Positions 14,131-27,449 of a DNA stretch of 64,000 nucleotides are shown here, one piece after another. The notes beneath the pieces are model-generated. The model was given only the letters and a program-made list of their open reading frames with translations. It had not been told where the DNA came from and searched no databases. The position numbers and the translations under genes are program-made. The stretch comes from the human T2T-CHM13v2.0 reference genome, Homo sapiens. The stretch lies in NCBI RefSeq assembly GCF_009914755.1, contig NC_060931.1, one strand, 5' to 3'. Within the stretch, counting starts at the first letter, position 1; each line of letters opens with the position of its first letter.

Positions 14131-16349
14131 CACAGAATTCCACTTTTGTATGATTTCATTGTGCTAAATGCCTGTGTTGCTGGAGACCTTTTAGGTCAGC
14201 TTTATTGCAACATGCAATCATTATACCTCAGCCCCTGTCTGGGAAGCTTTAGAGAGGAGGGTTCAGGAGTGAGGCTTGGGCTCCTGAGCCCATTGCTTTA
14301 AGTGGTGTTGACATGTTTGATAAGGTGTGCACCAGACCCCCTCCTTCTGGGTCAGCAGTAGCCTCCAGTGCTGGCACTAAAGAAGACTTGCAAATGAATA
14401 TCCCTCTTCACAGAGAAGGGTCCACATTAAATGTGTAACTAGGAGGAAGTAGATCCTTTATTCAGCCCCTAGATCTGAAAGTGCTGCTCACCAGAGGGAA
14501 GACCCCTGCCTGCCTTTCTTCCAGTGGTGGTTCAGATTCAACAAGCAGGAACTGAGTGTTGACTTTCTGCACTTATCTGTTAACCAAGGTTTTATAACCT
14601 CTAAAGAGGAAGGAACTGGTATTTAGTGAATACCTACCCTGTTGCATGGGGACTATAATTCCCCCTTTTTTAAGAGACTAAGTTGAGGCTTTGGTTTTCA
14701 GGGCTACCTGGTTAAGAATAGAAATCTCCCAGATGTCCAGACACCAGGACTGGGTGCCACTGAGATGGCTCAGCTGGGACACACAGTCAGCACACTAAAC
14801 CCAAAGCTGTCCCTGGAAACGGCCCCACTTGCTTCAGGGCATGGTGCAAAACGTTGATTTAATCTGAGAAGCTGTTCTCTGGCTTTAGGCCAGAGGAGCC
14901 ACCCACCCAGCCAGAGAGGAGCCTGGCCACCATTACTCAGACCTCTCCTTTCTGGAGAGGGAGTGCACAGCTGGCTCTGTCAGGCGTGGCTCGCAGGCCT
15001 GCGGAGTCATTCTGATCCCATTACCTGCATTGCCCACATTACTCCAGAGGCCCCTGATCTCAGCCCACAACTCTGGGCAAATACATGCATCTCACCTGCA
15101 CAACATCTCTCAAGGAGGCTGTGAAAGGGTTTTTTGTCTCTTGTGTGTTGATGGATGGGTGATGAAACAAGAATACCCAGGGAATGATTGATCATAATTC
15201 TTGGTCACCTGAAAGTTGATCTTATTCCTTAGTAGACAGGATTCTACTGGGTAAGGACATCGTGTAGCTCTGTGCCTTGATTTTCTAGAAAAAGAAAGCA
15301 AAACAAAACCCAAAACACAAATAAAACAATGATCAAACCGAATTAATGAATTAGTTACTTATTCCTTAAATGTGTCATTTGAGAATCCTGAGCCCATTTT
15401 GATCTGGTCTAGGATAAATAGTCATCCCTCTTACCTGTCCATCTACTTAACAAAACTGGCGGGTTACGTGCAGTGTTATTTTTAATGATTCATACTAAAA
15501 CTTGATGTGTGAGAGCAATATACTAATAGTTTCAGGGAACACTGACTCAGCCACAGTCAAAGCCCTTGGGGTTTGAAATCTAAAAATAAGAAGCATGCTT
15601 TAAGAGTAAATTCCTTGATACAAAGAACAAGCTGTTTCTTAGTTCAGCATCTGGGATTACCCAGCCTTTGCTGTAAAGAAACATTCGTTTCCCCAGTAAA
15701 CAGGGGCTCCCTTGGCCTCTGTCAACAGAACTCTTAACCTGGAGCCCTTGGGACCAGCAAAAACAGGCCATAAACCCCACACTTCACATGACTTTTGCCA
15801 ATCCATCCCAGAACTGCCAGTTCAGGAAAGGAAGAATGAGGAAGTTGCTGTTTGGTCCCTGGCTTCCTTTTTCCTTTGTATTTGTTACTGTTGTGGTGTT
15901 TATTTATAACAGTACCTATTTTATTCCTATTTGAGTTTGAAATTTGGGCTGGAAATCAAAAATTTAAAAGCCTCCATAGTGAATAGATCAAAGATGTACT
16001 TTTCATTCCTTCTGATATCTCAATTGCTACAGACAAGAAAACACACATAAAAATACTTCTATTCTGCACAGAAATAGCCTCAAATTTAAGTATTGGAGAA
16101 AAAAAAAACAGCCACATGCACTCAGAAGGTTAGATGTGGCCAACTTTACTTACAGATTATGTTCATTTCTAAATGGTTCAGTTATAAAGTTATACTGACA
16201 GCGGCTGGGGGTCCTGGAAATTCTCTAACAGCCAACTGTTGGGTCTTGCTTAAGATGCATTTGGGAAAAGGATCTGTTCTCTGGATCCATTTGTCTGTTT
16301 CTCACTTTATTTTTCTTTCATTTTCTCTGATGAGGTTTTATATGCTACC

Positions 16350-17935
16350 TGCAAAAGTCTATTTTAAAAACATAGTATTTTTAATAAAACTGTTTAAAGT
16401 AGAAAATTCAAGTGCCATAAAATAATACACTAAAAAAAGTATTTCTTCTCCCGCAACCCCATACCAGGCTCACTGAGGGAGTTCCCCATGATTGTCCTCC
16501 CGCTTTCTTTGTACCTTTGCAGACATGAGTGCACAGGCATTTACGTGACAAAGTTTACCACCCCACTTCTTTACACACTTTTTTCATTTACCTTCTTTCC
16601 CTTAATCTCTAGGATTTCTTTCCTTTCATCACTTGGAGAACATTTTAATGACTATATTGTGTTTCATGGTTTCAATGAACTCTTTTTAGCCACGATTTAT
16701 GACCCACTGCTGAACACTGGGAATGTTCTCCAGTCATTTCCTACCACACTGAATTCGATGAATGTGCACACATCTGTACACGTGTGTGAGCACCTATGTG
16801 TACGTATGCAGCTCAACTCACTAAAAGTGAAATGATAAAGGGGATGCACGCTTGTTTTCCACATGGCTAGAATTTCATGTTGGATGAAACTGCCAGCACT
16901 GCCAAATCAACTGCAAATAGGTGTGCAGTGAACGCTCACAACCAAACGTTTATATCCGAGGTTCCTGTTTCCCAATAACTTCAAAAGAAAAGTCCATTAC
17001 TAAACATATTGGTGTCTGCAGTCTGAGAGGAGGAGCACAATATTTTGTCCTTGTTTCAGTTGTTTAACTATGAGCCAGGTTAGGTCATCTAGCAGAGCTT
17101 CAAGTGGCATTTGGATTTCCTTTTCAGGGAATTGTCTGTTTAATGCACCTTGTCCATTTTTCTGTAGTTTCTTGTCTCCTACCCTTTGAATATCTCTAAA
17201 AATATCTGTACACAGACACTCTCTCTTTCTCCCCTTTTTCTGCTACACTGGAAGAAAAAAATGACAGTATGCATTTTATTTTAGGGAATTATACATTTAA
17301 GGAAAACATCCTCCTACTCAAATTAAAGTTACAAAAATTACCCATGTTTTCTTTTTTTCTTACTTGTATGGCTTATTGTGTTCTTCTGGTGTAAACAGGC
17401 AATCCAACCAGCGTTTATTTTGGTTTAAGGAGTATTGTAAGGATGCAACTTCATTTTCTTCCATATGTATTTCCCATTGCCAGTAATGAAATAATCCATC
17501 CTTTCCTTTTGATTTAAAATGTAATATCTATCATATATAATTCCTAATATTAATTTAGTTCCATTTCTGGACTCTATATTTTCTTTCATTGATTTTTGTA
17601 TTCTCAGAATAAAATTGTTGTATTCTAGATTTGTTTTATTATATGATGAGGCTTGTGCTTGTCTTCCCATTGCTTTTATCTTTTGGATATTTTGTAGACA
17701 TTCTTTCATCTTAATTTTTCCATATGAACTTTGAATTATCTATTAAAAATGTTCTTTTATTACCATTATTGGTAGCATTTTTATTATTAGATTAAAGATA
17801 AATTATATGTTTTTTGAGATTCAATCTTCTCATTAAATAACGTATATGTCTTTTAATTATTCCATTTGTTAATCTTTGTGTTGCTCCATTAGTTTTTAAA
17901 GCTCTCTACTTACAGATCTTACATATTTCTTATAA
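16350..17935 (-). mobile_element. Highly decayed L1ME-type remnant
   Basis: Antisense ORF2/3' motifs (ttccatatgaacttt, ttttcttccatatg, tttctggactctat). Confidence 0.5.
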
Positions 17936-19188
17936 AATTATCCGCAGGTGGGCTTGACTGAGACCAATGTCTGAGACTTGTCCTTCTGAAGAAGTGGATG
18001 TCTGCTGCCCACTTGTGAGAATTGCTTGCAGCCAAACGTAAGGCCGTGGGCCCAGTTAGGCACCAGAGGGCTCATCAGCTCATTGTCGCCCACTTTAGTC
18101 TGCCGAGATCCCACCCACTTGATCTTGTCGGGAGAGAAGGCTGGTTCTTCCTCAGTCACCAGGGGCCAACGTCACCCTTGCAGAGTATGTGAGCACCAAG
18201 GGTCAGCTCCTTTCCCTTAGAGTCCCCACAAGCTTGTCAAACAGCTCTTGTCATTCACCTCTAACTGCTCAGTTGAAGCATTTCGTCACTGTTAAAATTT
18301 ATGACAAATGGATGGGTGTCTGCCAAACACAACTAGAAACCACAGGAAGATCGGGAGCGAGGGAAGGAGGTGGGAAGCTGTTTAGGACCTCAGGACTTGA
18401 GAAGGAGCACAGGGTGGGGGTCCTGTATCCCTCACCCAACAGAGGTGGTCACTCAGACCTGATCTTTGCTGATCCCCACCCTAACAACCAATGGCAGTAT
18501 AGGCAGGCTGCTCCCTTTCCTGGATTGGATGGGAGACCCTCTGAGAACATGAGGCAATCCTGATAACACCTCAGGGGGACTGACAGGGAGACTGGCCACC
18601 AAGGGAGGCGCCCTCCTGCCCTACCAGGCAGTCCTCTGTCCACCTAGAGACACCAGGTGGGAAGGCAGAACAGGAAAGAAGTCCCCAGTCAGACAGCAGC
18701 CCAGCCATGAAGCCTCTGTGTCCTCATGGCCCAAGACCCTCCAGACTGCCTAGGCATGAGCTAGGGATGACTGAGGAGTTGAATTCCACCACATGCTGTC
18801 CTCCCCAATGGCCAGGCTGGGGAAAAACTTTCTGTCCCTCAGGTGGCACAACAGGAACCAGTGGGAGCCCCAGCAGTACCATATCTAACAAGCAGACCAA
18901 AATGACACTGAAAAGCTCTGATGAGTAAACTTCCATTAGAACCACAACCTGCAAAGCAGGTCAGACCTAACAAAGGCAACTACCGGCTAAAGTAATAGAT
19001 TTAACCAGGTCCTAGAGTTGCCTTTTATAATCGGTAAATGTGTAGGATGCAGCAAACATTACCAGGAATTAATAAAATCATGACTTGAATGAGAAAAGAC
19101 AATGAAATGATGCCCACACCAAGATTAAAGAGCTGCTGGAATTATCAGATGGAGTTTTAAGGCTGTCATAAAAAATGATATAGCAATT

Positions 19189-19481
<293 letters not shown>

Positions 19482-19504
19482 GATATAGCAATCTATTGGA
19501 AATT

Positions 19505-21090
19505 CTTCTTTTTAATGTTATATAATTAAGGTGTATAACATGATATTTTGATAAAGAAATACATAGTTAAATGGTCACTGCAGTCAAGTACATTAACATA
19601 TCCATCTCCTCTCACAGTTATCATTTTTGTTGTGCATATGGTAAAAAAGCACCTGAAATCTATTTTCTGGACAAATTTATAGTATACAATACAATATTAT
19701 TAACTATAGCCAGTTAATGGTGTTATACACCAGATCTATAGACTTATTCACCTCATGTAACTGCAACTTTGTACCCTTTGTCCAACATCTCCCCATTTAT
19801 CCCATCTCTCTGTCTCTGGTAACCACTGTTCTACTCTCTGCTTCTATTTATTTGACTTTTTTAGATTCCACATATAAGTGAGATCATGAAGTGTTTGTCT
19901 TTTTGTATCTGGCTTACTTCTCTTAAAATAATGTTTACCAGGACTGTTCATATTGTTCAAATGACAGAATCTCCTAGAATCTTCTTTTTTTTTTTTAAAG
20001 CTGAGTAATATTCCACTGTGTGTGGAATTTCTTATCCAGAAATCTACCAATGGGTATTCATGTTGTTGCCATATCTTGTCTATTGTGACTAATGCTACAA
20101 TAAACATGGGAGTGTAGATATCTCTTCAAATCTGATTTCAGTTTCTTTGAATATACACTCAGAAGTGTGATTGCTGGGTCACATGGTAGCTTTACTTTTA
20201 GTGTTTTCAGGAACCTTTATACTATTTTCCATATTCTACATCTCGTTTGATGTAGTTCCACTTTTTAATTTTTTCTTTTGTTGTCTGTTTTGTATACTCT
20301 CTCTGTATGTGAAGAGAAACTAACTCTTGTATACTGTTGGTGGAAATGTGAATTGGTGCAGCCAAAATTCACATTTCTACCAACAGTATATAAGAGTTAG
20401 TTTTTCTTTCCATACTCATCAACACTTGTTGTATCTTGCCTTTTTGATAATAGTCATCCTAACTGGTGTGAGGGGATAGCTCACTGTGGGTTTGATTTAC
20501 ATTTCCCTGATGATTAGTAATGCTGAGCACCTTTTCATACGTCCATTTTGTATGTCTTTGGAAAATGTCTATTTAGCTTCTTTGATCATTCTTTAATTGG
20601 GTTACTTGTTTTTTTTTGCTGTTGAATTATACAAATTGATATATATATGTAGGATATTAACTACTTCTGAGATATATAATTTACAGTTTTTTTTCTAATC
20701 TCTAGGTCAATTTTTCATTTCCTTCATTGCTTTCTTTTCTATGTAGATATTTTTTAGTCTGATGTAGTCCCACTTTTTGATATTTGTTTTTCTTGTCTGT
20801 ACTTTTGGTGCAGGCAAGAAATTACCGCCAATCAACCCTAGTGTATAGGAGGTTTTTTTTTCTATGTTTTCTTCTGGGAGTTTTATGCTTGATCAACTAA
20901 TTTTTAATGAGAGCATGAAGAATATACAAAGAGGAAAAGAATAGTCAAATAAATGGTGTTGGGAAAACTGGATATTCATATACAAAATAATGGCTTTGGA
21001 CCCTTATCTTATATCATATGCAAAAATAAACTCAAACCATTTTGAGTTAAAGAGTTAAACATAACTCCTGAAGCCATAAAACTTCTAAAA
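19505..21090 (-). mobile_element. L1MA8/9-like element with 5' inversion (20891-21090 on + strand)
   Basis: Antisense 3'UTR/ORF2 runs to 20890, then sense ORF2 (aaatggtgttgggaaaactgg). The host L1MD resumes at ~21091. Confidence 0.8.
20305..20415. repeat. Inverted repeat, 50-bp arms (45/50 complementary), 11-nt spacer
   Basis: Arms 20305-20354 and 20366-20415 compared by hand. Confidence 0.95.
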
Positions 21091-22587
21091 ATTATTTTGG
21101 AACAAATGAAAAAAGCAAATCTTCACAAAGAAACTGTAGTTCTTTAAAACAGAGAAAGGAAAATACAGAATTGAGGAAAAAATAACTTGCCAAGTGGGCT
21201 CAACAGTAGACTGGAGATGACAGAGGCTAGAAGTGAGGAATTTTGATGAATCAATGACAGTCATTCAATCTGAACAACAGAGAGTAAACAGGCTAAACAG
21301 ATAAACAAAGACCAAGGTATCTGTGGGCCAATAACAAAAGCTTGAACATTTATATAGAATGAATGACTCTCAGAAGAGAGAAGGTCAGGCTGAAAGACTA
21401 TTTAAGCAAATACCGAGTGAAAGAGTTCCAAGCTTGATGAAAGATACAAATCTACAGATCCAATAAGCAGAACAAACCTTGAATAAGATATCCCTAAGTA
21501 GATTCATTCCAAGAATAAATCATAAGTTAGATATGAAAATTAAAGGCAAAGAAAAAATTCTCGATAGTAGGTGAAAGCAAACAATGCATGACATATAGGA
21601 AAACACCAACTTGGTTGAGGTTGATTTCTTGTCTGAAACCTCAAGGAAAAGCAGTACATTTCTCAAGTACTGAAAGAATTGTCAAACACAAATTATATAA
21701 CCTGTGAAATTATTCTTCAGGAATGAAGGAGAAAGAAAAGACATTCTCAACGGTTAAAAAAAAAAGGTAAAAGAACATGTTACTAAGAAGGCTGCCCTTA
21801 AAGATTGCCAAAGAGAAATTTTTCAAATGGAAAGAAAATAATAAAAGAATCTGCAGGCATAAAGAAGAAAGATTAAAAGTCTCAAAATAAATAAAACTAT
21901 TTGTATTACTAAATTAAAGCAAAAAGACTACATATCAAAGTATGTTGGATGCAGTGAAAGTAAAACTGAGAAGAAAATTTATAGTCTTAAATGCTTACAC
22001 TAGAAATGGATAACTATGGTCCTAAAGGAATAATTTAACTTTCTGCCTCAAGAAACTAGAAAAACAAGAGCAAAATAAGCCAACAGTAAGAGGAGGAAAG
22101 AAAATAAAGATAAAAGCCGAAATTAATGAAATTGAAAATATAAAAACATTAGAGAAAAATCAATAAAGTAAAAAGTTGCTTCTCAAAAACAATCGGTAAA
22201 ATTGATACTGTTAGCAACACTGACAAAAATAAAAACAAATAAATCACCAATGTTGAGAATGAAATGGGGTAAAACACGACAGATTCTGCAGCTGAATGGC
22301 TGCAGATAAGATAATAAGATAATAAAGTAAAACTGTAAATGACCTTATATCACAAATCCCACAACTTTGAATAAATGAACCAATTCCTTGAGAATCAAAA
22401 ACTACCAAAACACAACCAAAATGAAACAGAAACTCTGACTAGGCATGTAACTATTAAATAAATTACACTGGTGATTAAAAGCTCTGGAAAAAGTAGTTTC
22501 CAAGACCAGATGGTTAGAAGATGTTGGAGTAGTACTTCCCAACTCACTTTATGAGGCCAGTATCACTCTAATAGTAAAACCAAGGTA

Positions 22588-22676
22588 GCACACACACACA
22601 TACACACACACACCCACAGAGAGAGAAAGAGGGAGAAAGAGAGAGCGAGAGAGAAAGAGGGAGAGAGAGAGAGAGA
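22588..22676. repeat. Compound (CA)n(GA)n microsatellite
   Basis: Direct reading. Confidence 0.9.
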
Positions 22677-25600
22677 AACTAAGACCTGTATTTTTCATTA
22701 ACATAAAATTTTTCAACAACATATTAGCACCCACATCTAACAATGCCTTACAAGTATTATACACCATAGGCAAGTGATACTTATTCTGAGTATGCAAGGC
22801 TGGTGCAACATTTGAAAATGAAGCGATGTGATCCACCGTATCACCAAGCTAGAAATATCATATCAATTGGTGCAGAACAGAGTATTTGGCAAAATTTAAT
22901 ACTCATTTATTATTTAAAAAACTCTCACAAAAATAGAAGAATTCTCTCCGTTTGATAAAGAACACCTGCAAAACACCTCCAGCTAACATTACACTTTATG
23001 ATGAACAACTGATTGATATTTTTTTGTTAAAATTCAGACTAAGGCAAGGATGTCTACTCTCACCACTTTTATTCAACATATTATTAGAAGGTCTAGCTTA
23101 TGTAGCAAGGTAAAAAATGAAAATAACGGCATTTGGATCAAAAAGGTAGAAATATGAATATCCCTATTGCAGACAACTTGGTTGTCCACATAGAAATCCC
23201 AAGAAATCTACAAAAATACTCCTAGAACTAACAAGTGACTTCAGCAAGCTTACAGGATACAATATCAACACCCAAAATTAATTATATTAGTGTATATTAA
23301 AAATAAAAATGCTATGAAAACACAGGACTATTTGTAATTACTTCAAATAAAACTATATGTGCTCTGTATGATGAAAATCATAAAATTCTGATGAAAGAAA
23401 TTTTAAAAGGCCTAAATAAATGAAGAGACACATTGTGTTAATAGATTAGAAGATCCAGCATAGTAAAGATTTCAATTCTACCTAAATCAATTTATAGGTT
23501 TAATGTAATTTCTGTCAAGATCTCATCAAGGTGACTTTTTCTGAAAACATAGACAAACTTCTAAAACATCTATGAAAAAGGAGAAGTCTTAGAATAGCTC
23601 TGGAAAATCTTGGGAAGAATAAAGTTGGAAGAATCACTCTACTTGATATTCTTACTATATAGCTATAGTAATCGAGACAATGTGGTATTGACTAAACAAT
23701 AGATAAATACATTAATGGAAGAGACTAGAAAGTCCAGAAATAGACCCAGACAAAGGTAGCCAGTTGATATTTTACAAAAGAGCAGAACCAGTTCAATGGG
23801 GGGCATGATAGTCTTTTCAATAAATAGTGCTGGAACAAACAGACATCTAGATGCAAAAATCGATAAATAAAATAAGATAAAAACCCAGGCCTTAGACCTA
23901 CACATTATGCTTTTCACCCAAATGAACTCAAATCGGATCAACTGATTTTTAACAAAGGTGCAAAAACAATTCAATTGAGGAAGCATAGCTTTGACAACAA
24001 ATGATATTTGAGCAATTGGACATCCATAGGTAAAAATTATTCTCCAGTTAAGTCTCAGACCTTATATAAAAATCAACTCAAGATGAGTCATGAATTTTAA
24101 TGTAAAATGTAACACTATAACATTAAAAAAAATACATTGTAAGAATCTTTGAGATTTGGAGCTAGGAAAATGATTTTAGACTTAACACCAAAAGCATGAT
24201 CCATTAAAAAAGTAAAATTGATAAATTGGACCTCATAAAACCTTTTTGTTTTTGAAAGCTCATGTAAAGAGATTGAAAAGACAGCCTACAGACTGGGAGA
24301 ATATATTTTCAAACCACATATCTTACAATGGATTAGTTTATAAAACATATAGAGAACTTGTAAAAGTCAGCTGCTATAAAAACAAGCCAATTAGAAAATG
24401 GACAAAAAGCATAAAGAAACACTTCACCAAAAAGCACATAGAAATGGTAAATAAGCACATGAATAGATTTACAACATTATTAGCCATCAGGTAAATGTAA
24501 ATTAAAACCACAATGAGGGACAACTACATACCTATCAGAATGGCTAAATAAGTATAGTGACAACATCAAATGCTGACAAAGATGTGAGAAAACTGGATCT
24601 CTCAGACACTGCTGGTAGAAAATGCACATATATGCACTCTACAAAACAATTTGCCAGTTTCTTTTAAGACTAAGTATGCAATTAGCATGTGACCCAACAA
24701 ATGTACTCTGGGGAATTTATACTAGAGAAATGGAAACATATGTTCACACAAAAACCTGTACAGGTATGTTCATAACAGCTTTATTCATTATTATAAATTT
24801 GTGCTGTTCTTTCTTGGAACTGGAATCATCCCAGATATGCATAAACAGGTAAACTGTTAAACAAAATGCTGCACATCTATGCTTTGGAATACTGCTCGAA
24901 CTGTTGAGATATGCAATAACTTGAGTGAATTTTCAGGGAATTATGCTGAGTGGAAAAAAACAATTTGAAAAGGTTATATATTTTACAATTTTATTTGTGC
25001 ATTTTTGAAATGACAAAATTCAAAATAGATGGTAGATTATATTTTGCAAGGAGATAGGTCTGTGGGACCAGGCACAGGAACTAACATAGAAGATCCCTGT
25101 GGTGTTGGAACTGTTCAGTTTTCTGACATTGACAGTGGTGGTGAATTCACAAAACTACTTGGATGATAAAGTTGTATAGAACTGAACACACACACAGACA
25201 CACACACACACAAGTCCTACTAAAATGCGGCATCTGAGTAAGATTGGAGGATTATATACAAGTCAATATTCTGGTTATATTATACTATATTATAATTATT
25301 GGTATTTTTGCAAAATATTACCATTAAGAAAAATTGGGCAGTAGGATTTCTCTGTATTATTTCTTACAACTGCATGTTTGACCTACAATTATTTTAATAA
25401 AATTTTTAATGAAAAGTGAAATGAAAAGTATACATATCTTTAAACAAGAAGAAAATTTAGGAGTAAACTGTAAATTCTAATGTCAAAGATATGTTCTTCA
25501 AAATGTTTTCTCTCTTTTCCTACATTTTCAGAAGTATGAGCCACAAAGAAGTGCTACACAGCCAATATATCACACCACACATGATGACTCACATGTGATT

Positions 25601-25744
25601 TGAACTTGTCTCTATTTGGTTAAATCTGGGCTCACGAATACTTGGTAAGTCATAGTAAATCTATACTGTTTCAGCAACAGTTTGGTAAGCTTCACTGTGA
25701 AAGTTGCTAAACTTTATTTACATTTAAATGTTTAATTTTAAATT

Positions 25745-26055
25745 TTTTCTTTCTTTCTTCTTTATATATAGAGAGACAAGGCCTCACTCTGTTGCCCAGG
25801 CTGGAGTGCTGTGATGCGATCATGGCTCACCGCAACCTCAACTTCTTGGGCTCAAGCAATCCTCCTGCCTAAGCTTCCTGAGAAGTGGGGACCACAGGTA
25901 TGCACCACCAAACTCAGTTAATTTTTTTTTTTTTTTTTTGTAGTGAAGAGGTCTCGTTTTTTTGTCCAGGTGGGTCTCAAACTCCTGGCTTCAAACAATC
26001 CTCCTGCCTTGGCCTCCCAGTGTTGGAATTACAGGCATGAACTACCATGCCTAGC
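25745..26055 (-). mobile_element. AluJ
   Basis: Antisense Alu with J-type gatcatggctcac and gggctcaagcaatcctcc. Confidence 0.88.
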
Positions 26056-26254
26056 ATTTTCCATCTAAATTTCCATCACAAATATTGACTCAAAAATATG
26101 TTGACTCTTCATTTTTTTTTACTTGTTTTGCATCTCTAGTCTTATAATATCAGCTAGAGTGTGCATGGAGTGGGACATAAAGGAAAGGAAGAGCCTCACT
26201 GTAGGTAGCACAATGTGTGCTGAGATCCAGGCTAACCTATGCTTTGATATTTTT

Positions 26255-26279
26255 TAATTTTATTATTATTATACTTTAA
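26255..26279 (-). mobile_element. Extremely 5'-truncated L1PA stub with 14-bp TSD
   Basis: Reverse complement ttaaagtataataataataaaatta is the L1PA 3' terminus. TSD gctttgatattttt at 26241-26254 and 26280-26293. Confidence 0.8.
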
Positions 26280-26509
26280 GCTTTGATATTTTTATCTCAA
26301 GTATATTCCCAAGAGTTTGAACTTGTCTGAGTGTATTAGGAAAGCCCTATTTCTCACCTGCACATCTGAAGTGCAGAAGTTGCAGTGAGTTTAATTTACT
26401 AATGCTGAGCCTGCACTGTGGGTTGGCTGGGTTCAATCAGCTCATCTCCCTACAGACAGAGAGGCCGTAGAGGGTTCTTGCATCCCTTGACTTCCTGAGC
26501 AAGCCTCTT

Positions 26510-26660
26510 CCTGCTCTAATGTCTACGTGGATCATGGGGACCTCATGCAATGCAGACACTATTTCAGAAGGTCCAGGGTGAGTACTGGGAGACTGTGTTT
26601 CTGACAAGCTTGTGGGGAAGGCTGATGCTACTGGTCCCATGGCTGCACTTTGAGGAACAA
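26510..26660. mobile_element. MER5A-like hAT-Charlie
   Basis: aatgcagacact...gtttctgacaagc...gctgatgctactggtcc...cactttgag. Confidence 0.65.
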
Positions 26661-27128
26661 AATTGTGCTATTCTGTTTTGTCCACTGGTGACCATCAAAG
26701 AGACCCTGACATGAGCAGGCTTTCTCCTCACTGCAGTGCACTTGGACTGAGCTGATCCCATTTTGCTCATCCACATTTTCTAAAAGCTTTCTTTAAATGC
26801 TGAAGAAGAGAATATTTTTCAGGGGGTGGGATGGATTTGATGGGTTTGAATTTGAAGAATATTTGGGCATCAAAGTGGAGATGCCTAGGGAGTGTTAGAA
26901 GTGGAGACTGGAATTTTTCAGTTCAGGGGTGAGTCCATGGGAAGGTGTAATTTTTCTCAAGAAATGTGTATACAAAGAGAGCAACAGATACAATCTCAGG
27001 CAACAAGAAGACAAAGAGGTAAAGGAGAGGCAGTGTCTTCTTGCCTGAATTTGGAGAAAGGTGGTGAAGGAATACTTGGTAGGACAAAGCCCAGTGGAAG
27101 TGCTGTGGTCTTAATCAAAAATGGTGGT

Positions 27129-27435
27129 TGTATTAGTGTTCTAGGGCTGGTGTTCCATTTCCATCCCAAGGTGTGTGTGTTAATTTAATTCAATTTTGAC
27201 ATTAACCAGTAATAGTTAGCACACACCTCACAGGTTAAAGGGCTTAGTCCCATGAGGCTGCCCCCATTTCAGACACCAGCCACAATCTCAGAGGCCATAC
27301 ACACTACAAGGCTATAAATTTGGCGATTTCCAGGACAGATAATTCCCTAGAAAGACTCATAGAACTCAATAAAGCACAATACTTATGATTACAGTTTTAT
27401 TATAAGGAATATAATTCAGGAGTACCAAATGCATA
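27129..27435 (-). mobile_element. MER21-like ERV LTR fragment
   Basis: caggttaaagggcttagtccc...cttatgattacagttttattataagg. Confidence 0.7.
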
Positions 27436-27449
27436 AGGTTGGCAGATTT

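Noticed and set aside
18189-18954. GC-richer ORF cluster
   Set aside because: No recognisable protein; mostly within the probable L1MD 5' region
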